Numbered from the stretch's first letter, positions 1 through 12,249 are shown. The stretch is DNA of 64,000 bases from an uncultured Gemmatimonadota bacterium (GCA_964490075.1 CAZBBK010000014.1:1-64000), one strand, 5' to 3'. Numbers and translations: made by a program. The notes: a model not told the origin generated them from the sequence alone.

Positions 1-631
<631 letters not shown>

Positions 632-720
632 CTATTCATCGCTTCCAGAGACGCCTCTGGACCCATATTCGACATTCACCCTTCGCGTCGCCCCGGTGCG
701 GCGCGAAGGGGACCGGATTT

Positions 721-836
721 TCCGGTGGCAATGGCGGAGGGGTTCCACCCGTTCCCATCTCGAACACGGTAGTTAAGCCCTCCTGCGCCGATGGTACTGC
801 TCGGGCGACCGTGTGGGAGAGTAGGTCGCCGCCGGA
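721..836 (+). rRNA. rrf: 5S rRNA
   Basis: TCCGGTGGC...CCACCCGTTCCCATCTCGAACACGGTAGTTAAG...CGCCGATGGTACT...GGGAGAGTAGGTCGCCGCCGGA. The ends are complementary. Confidence 0.98.
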
Positions 837-845
837 TTTGCTCGC

Positions 846-888
846 AGGCCCGCCTCGAGAGAGCTTCTCGGGGCGGGCCTTGCTTTTG
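846..888 (+). terminator. Intrinsic terminator of the rRNA operon
   Basis: Stem AGGCCCGCCTCGAGA / TCTCGGGGCGGGCCT followed by TGCTTTTG, just after the 5S gene. Confidence 0.85.
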
Positions 889-893
889 TGGGG

Positions 894-923
894 TTGACAG
901 GATCCACAAGAGCTTTCTATGTT
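894..923 (+). promoter_or_regulatory. Putative sigma70-type promoter for rho
   Basis: TTGACA (894-899), 18-nt spacer, TATGTT (918-923). Confidence 0.55.
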
Positions 924-1276
924 AGGGTACTAATGGCGCGGCGGAAGTCGTGCCGTCGTCCTCAGGAGCGCAAGCCGCAAACGGCCCGCTACACGAGCTG
1001 CGCTTGATCCAGGCCCCACGATATCAAGGCTTGATCCAAGCACTCCGCGCCGTGACCGACCCAGAGATCACCTCAGCCGGCGGTTCGGCGCAAGATCCAG
1101 GGCGATCGCGTTCGCGGCGAAGAACGGACTCGCAGCGATCGCAGTTGCCTCGATAGGTTCGGAGCCTCTGATCGGTGAGCGCCGATCGCAGAGCAGGCTA
1201 GGACCGGCAGTCGCAAGACCGTACGCCGTGGCAGTCAGACGCCGGCGATCGGGATGGAGCGGAGTAGATCCCAGCA

Positions 1277-2524
1277 ATGGACATCGCCGAACTGCAATCG
1301 AAGTCGATCGTCGACCTCTACGGCCTGGCGCAGGAGCTGGAGCTGCCCTCGTTCAACGGGATGAACAAGCAGTCTCTGATCTACCGAATCTTGCAGAACG
1401 CGGCGCGGGACGAGGAGGAGATGCTCGCCGAGGGTGTGCTCGACGTGGCCGCCGATGGGCACGGCTTCCTGAGATCGACGACCTACAACTACCTGGCGGG
1501 TCCCGACGACATATACGTGTCTCCGTCGCAGATCAAGCGCTTCCATCTGCAGAAGGGCGACGAGGTCTCCGGGCAGGTGCGCGCACCACGCAATGGCGAG
1601 CGCTTCTTCGCCTTGCTCAAGGTCGACGGGATCAACTTCGAAGAGCCGGAAGCAGCCGCGACCCGCAAGGAGTTCGACAAGCTTACGCCGCTCTACCCCA
1701 ACGAGCAGCTGCGGATGGAGAGCAATCCGGCCGATCTCACCACCCGCATCATCGACCTGCTGGCCCCGGTAGGGAAGGGGCAGAGGGGGCTGATCGTGGC
1801 GCCGCCCAAGGCGGGGAAGACGATCATTCTGAAGTCGATCGCCGCGTCGCTGGCCGCCAATCACCCGGAGGTGGTGCTGATCGTGCTGCTGGTCGACGAG
1901 CGCCCCGAAGAGGTGACCGACATGAAGCGCCACGTCGACGGCGAGGTGGTGAGCTCGACCTTCGACGAAAAGGCACAGCGCCACGTCCAGGTCACCGACA
2001 TGGTGATGGAAAAGGCCCGGCGGATGGTGGAGCAGGGCCACGACGTGGTCATTCTGCTCGATTCGCTGACCCGCCTGGCGCGCGCTCACAACACGCTCGC
2101 GCCCAAGAGCGGGCGCATCCTCAGCGGCGGAGTCGACGCGTCGGCGATGCAGCAGCCGCGGCGCTTTTTCGGCGCCGCCCGCAACGTGGAGCACGGCGGC
2201 AGTCTGACGATCATCGCAACCTGCCTGATCGAGACCGGAAGCCGCATGGACGACGTGATCTTCGAGGAGTTCAAGGGCACCGGCAACCTCGAGATGGTGC
2301 TCGATCGCAGTCTCTCCGACCGGCGCATCTTCCCGGCGATCAACGTACACGGCACGGGCACCCGCAAGGAGGAGCTGCTGCTGAGCGAGATCGAGCTCAA
2401 TCGAGTCTGGATCTTGCGCAAGTACCTCGCCGACCTGAAGACCATCGAGGCGATGGACTTCCTGATCGATCGCCTGTCCAAGACGCCCGATAACTTGACC
2501 TTCTTGAAGTCGATGAGCGTGTAG
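1277..2524 (+). CDS. rho: Transcription termination factor Rho
   Basis: [31 protein letters not shown] (Walker A), [18 protein letters not shown]. An in-frame TAG at 1265 fixes the start. Confidence 0.99.
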   Translation: MDIAELQSKSIVDLYGLAQELELPSFNGMNKQSLIYRILQNAARDEEEMLAEGVLDVAADGHGFLRSTTYNYLAGPDDIYVSPSQIKRFHLQKGDEVSGQVRAPRNGERFFALLKVDGINFEEPEAAATRKEFDKLTPLYPNEQLRMESNPADLTTRIIDLLAPVGKGQRGLIVAPPKAGKTIILKSIAASLAANHPEVVLIVLLVDERPEEVTDMKRHVDGEVVSSTFDEKAQRHVQVTDMVMEKARRMVEQGHDVVILLDSLTRLARAHNTLAPKSGRILSGGVDASAMQQPRRFFGAARNVEHGGSLTIIATCLIETGSRMDDVIFEEFKGTGNLEMVLDRSLSDRRIFPAINVHGTGTRKEELLLSEIELNRVWILRKYLADLKTIEAMDFLIDRLSKTPDNLTFLKSMSV

Positions 2525-2609
2525 CGGAGCACCCGAAGGCCCCCGATCCTTGACGAACCACCCATCCAGACACTACCCTCCGGGTTTCCACCTGCTACGG
2601 AGCGTCGAC

Positions 2610-2816
2610 GTGAAGCAAGGCATTCATCCCAAGTACAAGCCGGTGCAAGTGACCTGCGCGTGCGGCAACACCTTCGTGACCGGTTCGGTGCTCGACAAGA
2701 TCCACGTCGAGATCTGCGCCCAGTGCCACCCCTTCTTCACGGGGAAGCAGAAGCTGATCGACACGGCCGGACGGATCGAGCGCTTCCAGCGCAAGTACTC
2801 GAAGTCCGCCAAATAG
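2610..2816 (+). CDS. rpmE: 50S ribosomal protein L31 (Zn-ribbon type)
   Basis: GTG start after [34 protein letters not shown]. Confidence 0.97.
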   Translation: MKQGIHPKYKPVQVTCACGNTFVTGSVLDKIHVEICAQCHPFFTGKQKLIDTAGRIERFQRKYSKSAK

Positions 2817-2843
2817 TCCCCGCGCCGCGGACAGGGGCCGATC

Positions 2844-3929
2844 ATGGGAACTGGCTTCATCGACAAGCTCAGTGCCTTCGAGGCCCGCTACGACGAGCTG
2901 GGCGAGCGCCTGGCCGATCCGGAGGCGCTCAAGGACCCGAAGCTCTATCGCTCGCTCGGCCGGGAGTTCGCCCGGGTCCGCGAAATCGTCGAGCAGTTTA
3001 GGCGCTACCAGAGGCTGTGCCGAGATCTGGACGAGGCGGAGCAGCTCTTGGCCGAAGAGTCGGACGCGGAAATCCTCGAGCTGGCGACCGCGGAGCGCGA
3101 TTCGGCGCGCGCGGCGATCGAGGCGGCGGAGGCGGATCTGCAGCTGCTGCTGATTCCCCCCGATCCTAACGACGACAAGAACACCATTCTGGAGATCCGC
3201 GCCGGGACCGGGGGCGAGGAGGCCTCGCTCTTCGCGGCCGACCTCTACCGGATGTACACCCGCTACGCCGAAAGGCGGGGTTGGAAGATCGATCTCTTGA
3301 GCTCGACGCCGACCGACAAGGGTGGGTTCCGTGAGGTGGTGTTCGGGATCGACGGGGTCGAGGTCTTCAGCCGCCTGAAGTATGAAGGCGGCACGCATCG
3401 TGTGCAGCGCGTGCCGGTGACCGAGGCGTCCGGCCGCATCCATACCTCGGCGGCGACCGTGGCGGTGCTGCCCGAGGCCGAGGACGTCGAGGTCGAGATC
3501 TCTGCCGCCGACCTGCGCATCGACGTCTACCGGTCGAGCGGTCCCGGCGGCCAGAGCGTGAACACCACCGACTCCGCGGTGCGGGTGACCCATCTGCCGA
3601 GCGGCCTGGTGGTGACCTGCCAGGACGAGAAGTCGCAGCACAAAAACCGCGACAAGGCGCTGAAGGTGCTGCGCGCCCGCCTGAAGAGCAAGCTGGAGCA
3701 AGAGCAGCAGCAGGAGATCGCGGCCGCGCGCAAGGCGATGGTCGGCTCGGGCGACCGCAGCCAACGGATTCGCACCTATAACTTCCCGCAAGGGCGCCTG
3801 ACCGATCACCGCATCAGCCTCACCCTCTACAAGCTGCCCGAGATCATGGCCGGAGAGATCGACGAGGTAATCGAGGCGCTGCGCGAGGCCGATCGGATCG
3901 AGCGCCTGGAGGCGCTGGAAACCGAGTGA
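2844..3929 (+). CDS. prfA: Peptide chain release factor 1
   Basis: [21 protein letters not shown] (PxT tripeptide), [19 protein letters not shown]. Confidence 0.99.
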   Translation: MGTGFIDKLSAFEARYDELGERLADPEALKDPKLYRSLGREFARVREIVEQFRRYQRLCRDLDEAEQLLAEESDAEILELATAERDSARAAIEAAEADLQLLLIPPDPNDDKNTILEIRAGTGGEEASLFAADLYRMYTRYAERRGWKIDLLSSTPTDKGGFREVVFGIDGVEVFSRLKYEGGTHRVQRVPVTEASGRIHTSAATVAVLPEAEDVEVEISAADLRIDVYRSSGPGGQSVNTTDSAVRVTHLPSGLVVTCQDEKSQHKNRDKALKVLRARLKSKLEQEQQQEIAAARKAMVGSGDRSQRIRTYNFPQGRLTDHRISLTLYKLPEIMAGEIDEVIEALREADRIERLEALETE

Positions 3930-4801
3930 GGGGCGAGCCGGAGCGAGTCTGGACGGTGGTCGACGTACTGCGCGCCACCTCTGGCTTTCTGGAGCGGCGT
4001 GGGGTGGAGAACGCGCGCGGCAACGCCGAGCAGCTCCTGGCACACCAGCTCGGCTGCTCGCGCCTCGATCTCTACCTGGAGCACGATCGTCCGCTCAATC
4101 CTGAGGAGCGCGACCGCTACAAGGCCTTGGTCAAGAGACGAGTCGACGGGGAGCCTCTGCAATACCTGGTGGGCCACGCGGAGTTTCTCGGGCTGCGGGT
4201 GCGGGTCGGCCCCGGCGTGCTGATTCCCCGGCCGGAGACCGAGACCCTGGCGTCCGAAGCGGCGTCCTTGCTCGACCCGGGCGGGCCGACGCGCGTGGTC
4301 GATCTCGGCTGTGGCTCCGGGGCACTGGCCCTCTTCTTCGCCGATCGTTGGCCCGGCGCGCGCGTCCTGGCGCTCGATCGCTCGCCCCAGGCGTTGCGCT
4401 GTACGGCCGACAACGCCCGGGCGCTGAGCTTGTCCAAGATCTCGTGCCTCGCCGCCGATCTCGCGCGGCTGCCGATCGCCCGCGCGTCGGTCGATCTGTT
4501 GGTGAGCAACCCGCCCTACGTGACCACCGCCGAGCTGGCCTCGCTCGCGCCCGAGGTTCGCTTGCACGAGCCGCGCGTCGCGTTGGACGGCGGGCGCGAC
4601 GGATTCGACGCGCTCCGCGCGCTGCTCCCGGAAGCGGCCCGAGCGTTGCGGCCCGGTGCCTGGCTGGGTCTCGAGGTGGCGGCGGGCCAGGCGCCCGAAG
4701 TGGCGCGGCTGTGCGCCGGCGGGCCCTTCGGCGAGCTTCGGGTGCGGCCGGATTTGGCGGGAATCGAGCGCGTAGTGCTGGCGCGCCGCGCGAAAGGCTG
4801 A
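3926..4801 (+). CDS. prmC: Release factor glutamine methyltransferase (HemK/PrmC)
   Basis: [40 protein letters not shown] overlap with prfA. Confidence 0.97.
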   Translation: MRGEPERVWTVVDVLRATSGFLERRGVENARGNAEQLLAHQLGCSRLDLYLEHDRPLNPEERDRYKALVKRRVDGEPLQYLVGHAEFLGLRVRVGPGVLIPRPETETLASEAASLLDPGGPTRVVDLGCGSGALALFFADRWPGARVLALDRSPQALRCTADNARALSLSKISCLAADLARLPIARASVDLLVSNPPYVTTAELASLAPEVRLHEPRVALDGGRDGFDALRALLPEAARALRPGAWLGLEVAAGQAPEVARLCAGGPFGELRVRPDLAGIERVVLARRAKG

Positions 4802-4804
4802 GCG

Positions 4805-6076
4805 ATGGACGCATTCGTGATCGAGGGGGGGAGGCGACTGGAAGGCGAGCTGCGGGTCAGCGGATCCAAGAACGCCGCGTTGCCGATCCTGGCCGCCACG
4901 CTGCTGGCCGACGGGGTGAGCGTGATCCACAACGTCCCCGGGCTGCGCGACCTGCAGTCGATGATCGAGCTCCTGGAGTCGATGGGCGTAGAGGTGTCGC
5001 GCTCCGGCACCACCGTCGAGGTCGATCCCTCGGGGCTGAAGAGTGCCGAGGCGCCTTACGAGCTGGTGCGCAAGATGCGCGCCTCGATCTACGTGCTCGG
5101 GCCGCTCCTGGCGCGGCACGGCCATGCTCGGGTCTCCCTGCCGGGCGGCTGTGCCTGGGGCCCGCGCCCGGTCAACCTGCACATCGAAGGGATGCGCTCG
5201 CTCGGGGCGGCGATCGAGCTGGATCACGGCTATATCGACGCCCGCGCCGAGGAGCTGCGCGGCGCGCACATCGTGCTCGACGTGGTCAGCGTCGGCGCAA
5301 GCGCGAATCTGCTGCTGGCGGCAAGCCGCGCGCGGGGTGTGACGGTGATCGAGAACGCGGCGCGCGAGCCGCATATCGTCGCGCTCGGCGGTTTTCTGGC
5401 GCGCATGGGAGCGCGGATCGAGGGTCTGGGAAGCGACACATTGCGGATCGAGGGGGTGGATCGGTTGCGCGGGGCCGAGTTTTCGATTCGCCCGGACTAC
5501 ATCGAGGCGGGAACGCTGGCGGTGGCGGCGGCGATCACCGACGGCGACCTCACGATCCGCGACTTCCCGCTGGCCGACTGCCACCCCTCGGTCGGCCTGC
5601 TGGAGGCCGCCGGAGCCCGGATCGACCGGATCGACGAGGGCGCCGAAAGGGGTACGGTGCGGGTTCGGCGCGCCGGCAAGCTGCGCGCGCTCTCGGTCAC
5701 CACCGCCCCCCATCCGGGATTTCCGACCGATATGCAGGCTCAGCTGATGGCGCTCTCGAGCGTCGCGGAGGGCACCAGCGTGATCACCGAAGCGATCTAC
5801 CCCGACCGCTTCACCCACGTGCCGGAGCTGCGGCGCATGGGGGCCAGGATCACCCTGCGTGGCAACGTGGCGGTGGTGGAAGGGGCGACGAGCCTCGCGG
5901 GAGCCCCGGTCATGGCGACCGATTTGAGAGCCAGCGCGGCGATGGTGCTGGCGGGATTGATCGCCGAGGGAGAGACCACGGTGCGCCGTGTCTATCACAT
6001 CGATCGCGGCTATGAGGCGATCGAGCGCAAGCTGGCGGCGGTCGGGGCGCGCATTCGGCGGGTCGCCGATCGCTGA
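4805..6076 (+). CDS. murA: UDP-N-acetylglucosamine 1-carboxyvinyltransferase
   Basis: GSKNAALP, KMRAS, LPGGCAWGPRP (active-site Cys), ENAAREP, PGFPTDMQ, DLRASA, HIDRGYE. Confidence 0.99.
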   Translation: MDAFVIEGGRRLEGELRVSGSKNAALPILAATLLADGVSVIHNVPGLRDLQSMIELLESMGVEVSRSGTTVEVDPSGLKSAEAPYELVRKMRASIYVLGPLLARHGHARVSLPGGCAWGPRPVNLHIEGMRSLGAAIELDHGYIDARAEELRGAHIVLDVVSVGASANLLLAASRARGVTVIENAAREPHIVALGGFLARMGARIEGLGSDTLRIEGVDRLRGAEFSIRPDYIEAGTLAVAAAITDGDLTIRDFPLADCHPSVGLLEAAGARIDRIDEGAERGTVRVRRAGKLRALSVTTAPHPGFPTDMQAQLMALSSVAEGTSVITEAIYPDRFTHVPELRRMGARITLRGNVAVVEGATSLAGAPVMATDLRASAAMVLAGLIAEGETTVRRVYHIDRGYEAIERKLAAVGARIRRVADR

Positions 6077-6077
6077 C

Positions 6078-8003
6078 TCAGGATTGGGCGGCATGCCCGG
6101 CGACGCGGCGGTCGCCCTTCCGTCGGGTGATCCCCTTGCGATCGAGGTGCTCCAGCAGAGGGATCAGGTACTTGCGGGTGCATCCGAAGCGCTCCCGCAA
6201 ATCGCCCACGGTGATCGACCCTTCTCCCGCGACCATCACGGAGACGCCGCGCTCGATCTCGTCGAGAGCCTCGCGGATCAGCACCAGGTCGCGGGTCAGG
6301 CGCACCAGCTCACCCTGCTCCGTCATGGCGTGCAGCACCGCCCGCGCGCCTTCGGGATCGTCGCTCGATTCGATCACCACGGCGGGTGAGGGCGGCGAGA
6401 AGCGCTGATCGCCGCCGAGCCGCTCCAACCAGCCAATCCGCAGGCGCCGATCGGCGGCTTTCAGCTCGACGCGGAACTCGGGATCGGCGAGGCGATCCCG
6501 CATCCGGGCGAGGCGCCCACGCTCGACCGCCAGCTCGACCACGGCATCGCCGGGGATGCCCGGCTGCGCGCTCTCCAGCCTGCTGGCCGCCTCGGAGCGC
6601 GGGATGCCTGTTTGCAGCGGCTGCTTGCGGTGATGTTCGGCGACCAGCTCGCCCAGGAAGGCGAGGGCGCGATCGACGTGCTCGGTGGCCACGACGAGGC
6701 CGCCGGGAAGCGCCCGCACCAGGTCGCGCTCTTCGGCCTCCGTCAACGCCGCGGCCGATCGCTCCCCGAGGGCCGCGCGCAGGCGCGGATCGTCGCGCCT
6801 GAGACCGGAGGGGCCGCCCCGTCGCACGATCTCGGCGGCCACATCTTCGCCGGCTCCCACCTCACGAAGCGCGAGCCCACGCAGCACGTCGCCGCGCCGG
6901 CTGCGGTGCTTGGTCGCCCAGGGATCGAGCACCACGCCCCCGGCGATCGTCGTGACCGGCGAGTAGCGGCGCAGCACGAATCGATCTCCCGGCAGCAGCG
7001 CCACCGGCTGCTCCATGCGCAGCTGTGCCAGCGCGCTCTCCCCGGGGGGGATCGTCGCGCTCTCGAGCGGCACCACGCGCGCCAGGCATTCCGCGGTGCC
7101 GTGGTGGAAATGGACCCGCTGCCGGTGCTCCAGGGCCCGATCCTCGCGCGCCAGAACCCGCAGCCGCACGTCGGCCATGAAGGCCGGAGTGAGCAGCTCG
7201 GGCGCGCAGATCGTGGTGCCGCGCGAGAGCTGATCGCGCTCCACTCCGACCAGCGCCAGTGCGGCCCTTTGCCCGGCCCGGGCCTCTTTGGCGTCGCGTC
7301 CGTGCACCTGCACGTTGCGAATCCGCGCGCGCGTGCCGCCCGGCTCCAGCGTCACGGTATCGCCCACCGCGGTGCGACCGGACCAGACCGTTCCGGTGAC
7401 CACGGTGCCGAAGCCGCGCACCGTGAAGACGCGGTCGATCGGCATCCGAAACCTCCCGGCCGAGTCCCTCTCCGGCAGCCGCGCGATGAGCTCCCGCAGG
7501 CTATTCCGCAGCGCGTCGATGCCCGCGCCGGTGATCGCGCTCACCGGCAGCACCGGCGCGCCCTCCAGAGCGGTTCCGACCAGGAGCTCCTCGACATCGA
7601 GCTCGACCAGCTCGAGCCATTCCGGGTCGTCGACCAGGTCGGACTTGCTCAGCACCACGATCCCGCGCCGCACGTCGAGCAGATCGATGATGTCGAGATG
7701 CTCCCGGGTCTGCGGCATCACCCCCTCGTCGGCCGCGATCACCAGAATCACCAGGTCGATTCCGCCCACGCCCGCCAGCATGTTGCGCACGAAGCGCTCG
7801 TGGCCCGGCACGTCGACCAGTCCCACGGTCGTCGCGTCGCCGATCGGCAGCTCGGCAAAGCCCAGGTCGATCGAGATCCCGCGCAGGCGCTCCTCTTTCA
7901 GCCGATCGGTGTCGACTCCGGTCAGGGCGCGGACCAGCTGGGTCTTGCCGTGGTCGATGTGGCCGGCCGTTCCGGCGACGACGAAGCGGTGCGTCTGAGG
8001 CAA
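6078..8003 (-). CDS. selB: Selenocysteine-specific elongation factor SelB
   Basis: [49 protein letters not shown]-terminal winged-helix [16 protein letters not shown] start after AAGGGAG. Confidence 0.96.
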   Translation of the reverse strand: MPQTHRFVVAGTAGHIDHGKTQLVRALTGVDTDRLKEERLRGISIDLGFAELPIGDATTVGLVDVPGHERFVRNMLAGVGGIDLVILVIAADEGVMPQTREHLDIIDLLDVRRGIVVLSKSDLVDDPEWLELVELDVEELLVGTALEGAPVLPVSAITGAGIDALRNSLRELIARLPERDSAGRFRMPIDRVFTVRGFGTVVTGTVWSGRTAVGDTVTLEPGGTRARIRNVQVHGRDAKEARAGQRAALALVGVERDQLSRGTTICAPELLTPAFMADVRLRVLAREDRALEHRQRVHFHHGTAECLARVVPLESATIPPGESALAQLRMEQPVALLPGDRFVLRRYSPVTTIAGGVVLDPWATKHRSRRGDVLRGLALREVGAGEDVAAEIVRRGGPSGLRRDDPRLRAALGERSAAALTEAEERDLVRALPGGLVVATEHVDRALAFLGELVAEHHRKQPLQTGIPRSEAASRLESAQPGIPGDAVVELAVERGRLARMRDRLADPEFRVELKAADRRLRIGWLERLGGDQRFSPPSPAVVIESSDDPEGARAVLHAMTEQGELVRLTRDLVLIREALDEIERGVSVMVAGEGSITVGDLRERFGCTRKYLIPLLEHLDRKGITRRKGDRRVAGHAAQS

Positions 8004-8026
8004 ATCGCGTCACTCCCTTGTGGGTC

Positions 8027-9733
8027 TCAGTCCGAGGCGGGCCCGGCCTCGGGGCGCCCAAAGAGCCGGCCCTCCATCATCAGGTAGTCCATGCCCGATT
8101 CGACGAAGGTGCGGGCCGCCTGCGCGGCGCTCGGGACCATCGGCTGCCCGGCCCGGTTGAACGAGGTATTGAGCAGCACCGGAACACCGGTGAGGTCGGC
8201 GAAGGCCTCGATGATCGCATGGTAGGCCGGGTTGTCCTCGCGACGAACCGTCTGCAGCCGCGCGGTGCCGTCGACATGGGTGACGGCCGGGATCTGCTCG
8301 CGGCGCTCCTCGCGCACCGGCACCACCTGCAGCATGTGCGGCGAGGGCACGTCGGTCGCGAACCAATCGCCGGCCCGCTCCGCGAGCGCCACCGGCGCGA
8401 AGGGGCGGTAGCTTTCGCGCTTCTTGATCTTGTGGTTCAGGCGGTCCTTCATGTCGGCGCGCCGCGGATCGGCCAGGATCGACCGGTTGCCGAGCGCCCG
8501 CGGGCCGATCTCCATGCGCCCGTGAAACCACCCCAGGACCGCGCCCTCGGCCAACAGCCGTGCCGCCTCCTGGATCGTGTCGACGCCCTTGTGCTCCGGC
8601 AGCTTCCACTCCCGGGCGGCGGCATCGACCGATCCCCCCGCGACATTCGGTCCCAGGTAGACCGTGTCGAGCGCGCAGCGTTCGCCGGTCAGCTGGCCGC
8701 GCACGTGCAAGGCCGCGCCCAGCGAGCAGCCGGCGTCGTTGGCAGCCGGCTGGATGAACAGGTTTTCGAAGGGCGATTCGCGCTGGATTCTGCCGTTCAT
8801 CACACTGTTGAGCACCACCCCGCCCGCCAGGCAGAGGCTGGGGGTGCCGGTCTCTCGGTGCAGGTAGTCGGCCAGCTCCAGGCCGATCTCCTCGGTGCGC
8901 ATCTGCACGCTGGCGGCCAGGTCGGCGTGGTGGTCCTCGATCTCTCCCTCCCGTTGCCGTGCGGGGCCGAAGCGTTCCTCGAAGCGCGGCGAGAACCAGA
9001 GCATGGTGTCGCGGTGGAAGAGGAAGTAAGAGAGATCGAGGCGGAACTGCCCGGAGCCGATCCACGGCACGATCTCCCGAAAGGCCTCGATATGTCGGGC
9101 CTTTCCATAGGGGGCGAGCCCCATCACCTTGCCTTCGTGGGCGTTGTTGAGGTAGCCCAGGTACTCGGTCGCGGTGGCGTAGAGCAGACCGAGGGAATGG
9201 GGGAAGGGAACCTCCGTCAGCCGCGTCATGCGCGTTCCCTCACCGATTCCCAGCCAGGTCGTCGAGCGCTCGCCGTTGCCGTCGATGCACAGGATCGCGG
9301 CGCGCTCGAAGGGGGAGAGCAGAAAGGCCGATGCAGCGTGAGCGAGGTAGTGGTCGACCCAGTGAAATCGAAAGCGCAGGCGGCCAGAGGCGGCGAAGCG
9401 GCGCCGGATCTCCCGCTCCACGCGCAGGATCTTCCACCATTCCGAGCCGTAGTCGCCGGCCACGCCCTGCAACGATCCCGGCAGTCCCTTGACCAGCTCC
9501 ACGGCGCGCTTGCCGAGTCCCAGCCAGGGGTTGTAGTAGAACGCCACGTGGTCGATCTCTTCGATCCCGGTTCCGCCGATCTCCAGGCAGGCAGCGATCG
9601 CCCGCATCGGAAACGACCCGTCGTAGCGGATTCCGCTCAGCCGCTCCTCTTCGACGCTCGCGACCACCCCCGATTCGTCGACCAGGCTGGCGGAGGCGAA
9701 GTTGTGGTAGCAGTTGAGGCCCAGAATCCTCAT
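8027..9733 (-). CDS. O-carbamoyltransferase, CmcH/NodU/TobZ (SxtI-like) family, paralog 1
   Basis: EEERL, HYLAHAASAF, IDGNGE, HSLGLLY, EGKVMGLAPYG, LAGGVVLN, QPAANDAG, GPRALGNRSILADP, KKRESYRPFAP, HVDGTARLQ, LNTSFN. Confidence 0.95.
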   Translation of the reverse strand: MRILGLNCYHNFASASLVDESGVVASVEEERLSGIRYDGSFPMRAIAACLEIGGTGIEEIDHVAFYYNPWLGLGKRAVELVKGLPGSLQGVAGDYGSEWWKILRVEREIRRRFAASGRLRFRFHWVDHYLAHAASAFLLSPFERAAILCIDGNGERSTTWLGIGEGTRMTRLTEVPFPHSLGLLYATATEYLGYLNNAHEGKVMGLAPYGKARHIEAFREIVPWIGSGQFRLDLSYFLFHRDTMLWFSPRFEERFGPARQREGEIEDHHADLAASVQMRTEEIGLELADYLHRETGTPSLCLAGGVVLNSVMNGRIQRESPFENLFIQPAANDAGCSLGAALHVRGQLTGERCALDTVYLGPNVAGGSVDAAAREWKLPEHKGVDTIQEAARLLAEGAVLGWFHGRMEIGPRALGNRSILADPRRADMKDRLNHKIKKRESYRPFAPVALAERAGDWFATDVPSPHMLQVVPVREERREQIPAVTHVDGTARLQTVRREDNPAYHAIIEAFADLTGVPVLLNTSFNRAGQPMVPSAAQAARTFVESGMDYLMMEGRLFGRPEAGPASD

Positions 9734-12249
9734 TCCGGTCTTCTCCTCACAGGACGCGGCGGCACGAGTCCGATGTAGAGCGCGAGGGCCGTGAGCCCGG
9801 CGATCAGGGTGGTCCAGGCACCGACCTGGGCCGCCCGCGGACGGTACTCCAGCTCGACCTGGTGGCGGCCGCGTGCTAGCGGCAGCGCCTGAAAGATGTG
9901 GTTGGCGCGCCAGGCGCGGGTCTCCTCACCGTTCAGCCAGGCGCGCCATCCCGGCGCATCGGCTTCGGTGACCACCAGCCAGCTCGGCTCCTTGACCCGC
10001 GCATCGAGTCGAATGCGACCCGGCGCGTGGTCGATCTCGACCCATCCGGGAGCGGCCGGCGTCTCTTCGGCGGCGGCCGGCAGCCGAGGGGCGTCGGGTG
10101 TCACGACCACCACCTCGCGGGGATCGAACTCCGGGTCCGCGAGGAGCTCCAGGGTGGCCTCGCCCGGCGTCGCCCGCCGGGCTTCGGGCACCAGGAAGGC
10201 CCGCGGCAGCGCGCGTCGGTTTTCGTAGATCTTGATCTCTTCGTTGTAGGCCAGCTTCCAGTGCAGCAGAGGCGAATTGGCCGCCGCCAGGTCCCCCGAG
10301 GGGACGAATCGGGACGAGATGGCGAAGCGCACGCCGAGCAGGTCGAGGATCGGGCTGGCCAGGCTCTGGGCGTCGGGGAGGGCGATCACCTTCTTGAAGC
10401 CGACGAACATCTCGGGGTGGATGCGGGCCACCAGCTCGCCATAGGGCCGGGGCAGCAGGGCGTTCGAGCCATGGATGTCGGCTATCTCGAACACCTGCGC
10501 CGAGTTGGGCGGCAGCACCTCGCGGAAGCCGCCGTAGCGGGCAATCCTCGATCCCCGCGCATTCTGCGCCAGGAAGCGGATCGACTCCGGCACCTCCCGC
10601 GGGTAGAACTGGTCTTGAAAGATGAAGTAGCGGTGGGCCTCGGAGGCGATGTCGAGCGCGATCAGGTAGGCCGCGATTCCAACGAAGGCCCGCCGGTCGA
10701 TCAGCCGCACGCCGTAGAGCACCAGCAGCGCCACCGCCGCGCTCGAGAGGGCAAGAAAGACCAGCACCCGCTTCAGCCAGGTGTCGTAATTCCAGTAGAT
10801 GCGACGCCGAGCCAGGTCCCAGGCGGCTTGCCGGTTTTGCAGCCAGTCGGAGGAATGCACGACTGCCCGACCGCGATCCTGGAGCGCCTTCAAGCGTGCG
10901 TCGACGTCGTGCCGGGGCGGAACCACGATCGTCAGGATCACCGCGGCGAGGGCGGCCTGGAGCACCACCCAGCGCCCGGTGCGGCTCGGCCTCCGGCGCA
11001 GTAGGGCATCGACACCCAGCGCGCCCAGCATGGCGATCGCCGCCCCGTAGAGGTAGGTGACGCGACAGATGCGCGAGAACTTGAAGCCCGGCAGCAGCGC
11101 GTGGGCGATGCGGAAGGTCGGCCAGCCGAGCGTCAAGGTCACACTCAGCACGGCCATCGCCAGGAAGTAGAGGGTGAGCCTGGGGCGATCGCGCCGGATC
11201 AGCGCCGCGGCGCTCAGCACCAGGGGCAGGATCCCGACATAGGCCGAGTTCTCGAGATAGCTGTTGCGCCAGAAGTAGTCCTCGTAGACCTTCTCGCGCG
11301 TGGCCGAGCAGAACACCCCGAGCCAAGAGCGCGCCGGATCCCCGAAGAAGTCGGGAACCACGTAGCTCACCAGCGCCTCGAAGGGCAGGAAGATGGCGCG
11401 AAAGTCCTCGTAGGCGACCGCCTTGCGACCGCTGAAACGGCCCATTTCGGCCACCGGCAGGAGCTGGATCGCGGCCAGAACCAGGCCAAGCGCCAGGGCG
11501 CCGCCGATCAACGCGGCGGAGCCGAGGTCGCGCGACTCGCGCCAGCCGGCGAGACTCTTCGCCAGCGCATAGCCGACCACCGCGTAGAAGGCATAGACGG
11601 CGATCGGCGGGAATCCCCCCAGGATCGCCAGCGCCACGGTCGCCGCCAGGCAGGCCGCCGCCGCATGAGGGCGGTGGCCGCGGTGGATGCGCTCGATGAA
11701 GAGCAGGCTGGCGGGCAGCCAGATGCCTGAGTCGGGATTGGTGGGATTGACCAGGTGGGTGAGGATGAAGGGGTTGCCCTGGAAGATCAGTCCCCCGACC
11801 AGGGCCGCGCCGGGTCGCAGCCTGAGCTCGCGACAGAATGCGAAGGTGAAGGCGCCGGCCAGGAAGAGCTGCAGCCAGGCCAGACACGCCATGGCCTGCT
11901 CAGGGTCGAGATGCAGGTAGAGCAGATTGGGCGGATAGAAGAGGGCGGTGTGCGGATCGGCCTGGAAGGGCAGACCGGCGAAGTTCCAGGGATTCCAGAG
12001 CGGCACCCGACCCTGGCCGAGCTCCGAGCGGGCGAAGTGGCGGCGCGGGTAGAAGGTCAGCGTGCCGTCGGTTCCGGCGTTGTTCTGCTCTGCGCACTCG
12101 GCCGCCGCGCTCCACGGCAGGAACGCGTGCATGTCGTTGATCGCGAAGGTCTTGTCGCCGACCAGGGGGCCCCGCAGCAAGTAGAGTGCGAAGCCCGCCA
12201 GCACCAGCAGCGCCCCCGCGGTCGAAAGGTGCCGCCGCTCCCTACCCAA
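9730..12249 (-). CDS. YfhO-like GT-C-fold membrane glycosyltransferase
   Basis: PLWNPWNFAGLPFQADP, LFYPPN, many TM segments, YVGILP, C-terminal ADAPGWRA...ANHIFQAL...GRHQVELEYRP. The TTG start at 12249 (overlapping the upstream stop) is inferred. Confidence 0.8.
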   Translation of the reverse strand: MGRERRHLSTAGALLVLAGFALYLLRGPLVGDKTFAINDMHAFLPWSAAAECAEQNNAGTDGTLTFYPRRHFARSELGQGRVPLWNPWNFAGLPFQADPHTALFYPPNLLYLHLDPEQAMACLAWLQLFLAGAFTFAFCRELRLRPGAALVGGLIFQGNPFILTHLVNPTNPDSGIWLPASLLFIERIHRGHRPHAAAACLAATVALAILGGFPPIAVYAFYAVVGYALAKSLAGWRESRDLGSAALIGGALALGLVLAAIQLLPVAEMGRFSGRKAVAYEDFRAIFLPFEALVSYVVPDFFGDPARSWLGVFCSATREKVYEDYFWRNSYLENSAYVGILPLVLSAAALIRRDRPRLTLYFLAMAVLSVTLTLGWPTFRIAHALLPGFKFSRICRVTYLYGAAIAMLGALGVDALLRRRPSRTGRWVVLQAALAAVILTIVVPPRHDVDARLKALQDRGRAVVHSSDWLQNRQAAWDLARRRIYWNYDTWLKRVLVFLALSSAAVALLVLYGVRLIDRRAFVGIAAYLIALDIASEAHRYFIFQDQFYPREVPESIRFLAQNARGSRIARYGGFREVLPPNSAQVFEIADIHGSNALLPRPYGELVARIHPEMFVGFKKVIALPDAQSLASPILDLLGVRFAISSRFVPSGDLAAANSPLLHWKLAYNEEIKIYENRRALPRAFLVPEARRATPGEATLELLADPEFDPREVVVVTPDAPRLPAAAEETPAAPGWVEIDHAPGRIRLDARVKEPSWLVVTEADAPGWRAWLNGEETRAWRANHIFQALPLARGRHQVELEYRPRAAQVGAWTTLIAGLTALALYIGLVPPRPVRRRPE

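Noticed and set aside
1021..1037. ATATCAAG-G-CTTGAT as a SahR site
   Set aside because: The half-sites resemble the motif but the spacing is too short for the 20-bp operator, and rho is not a SAM-cycle gene.
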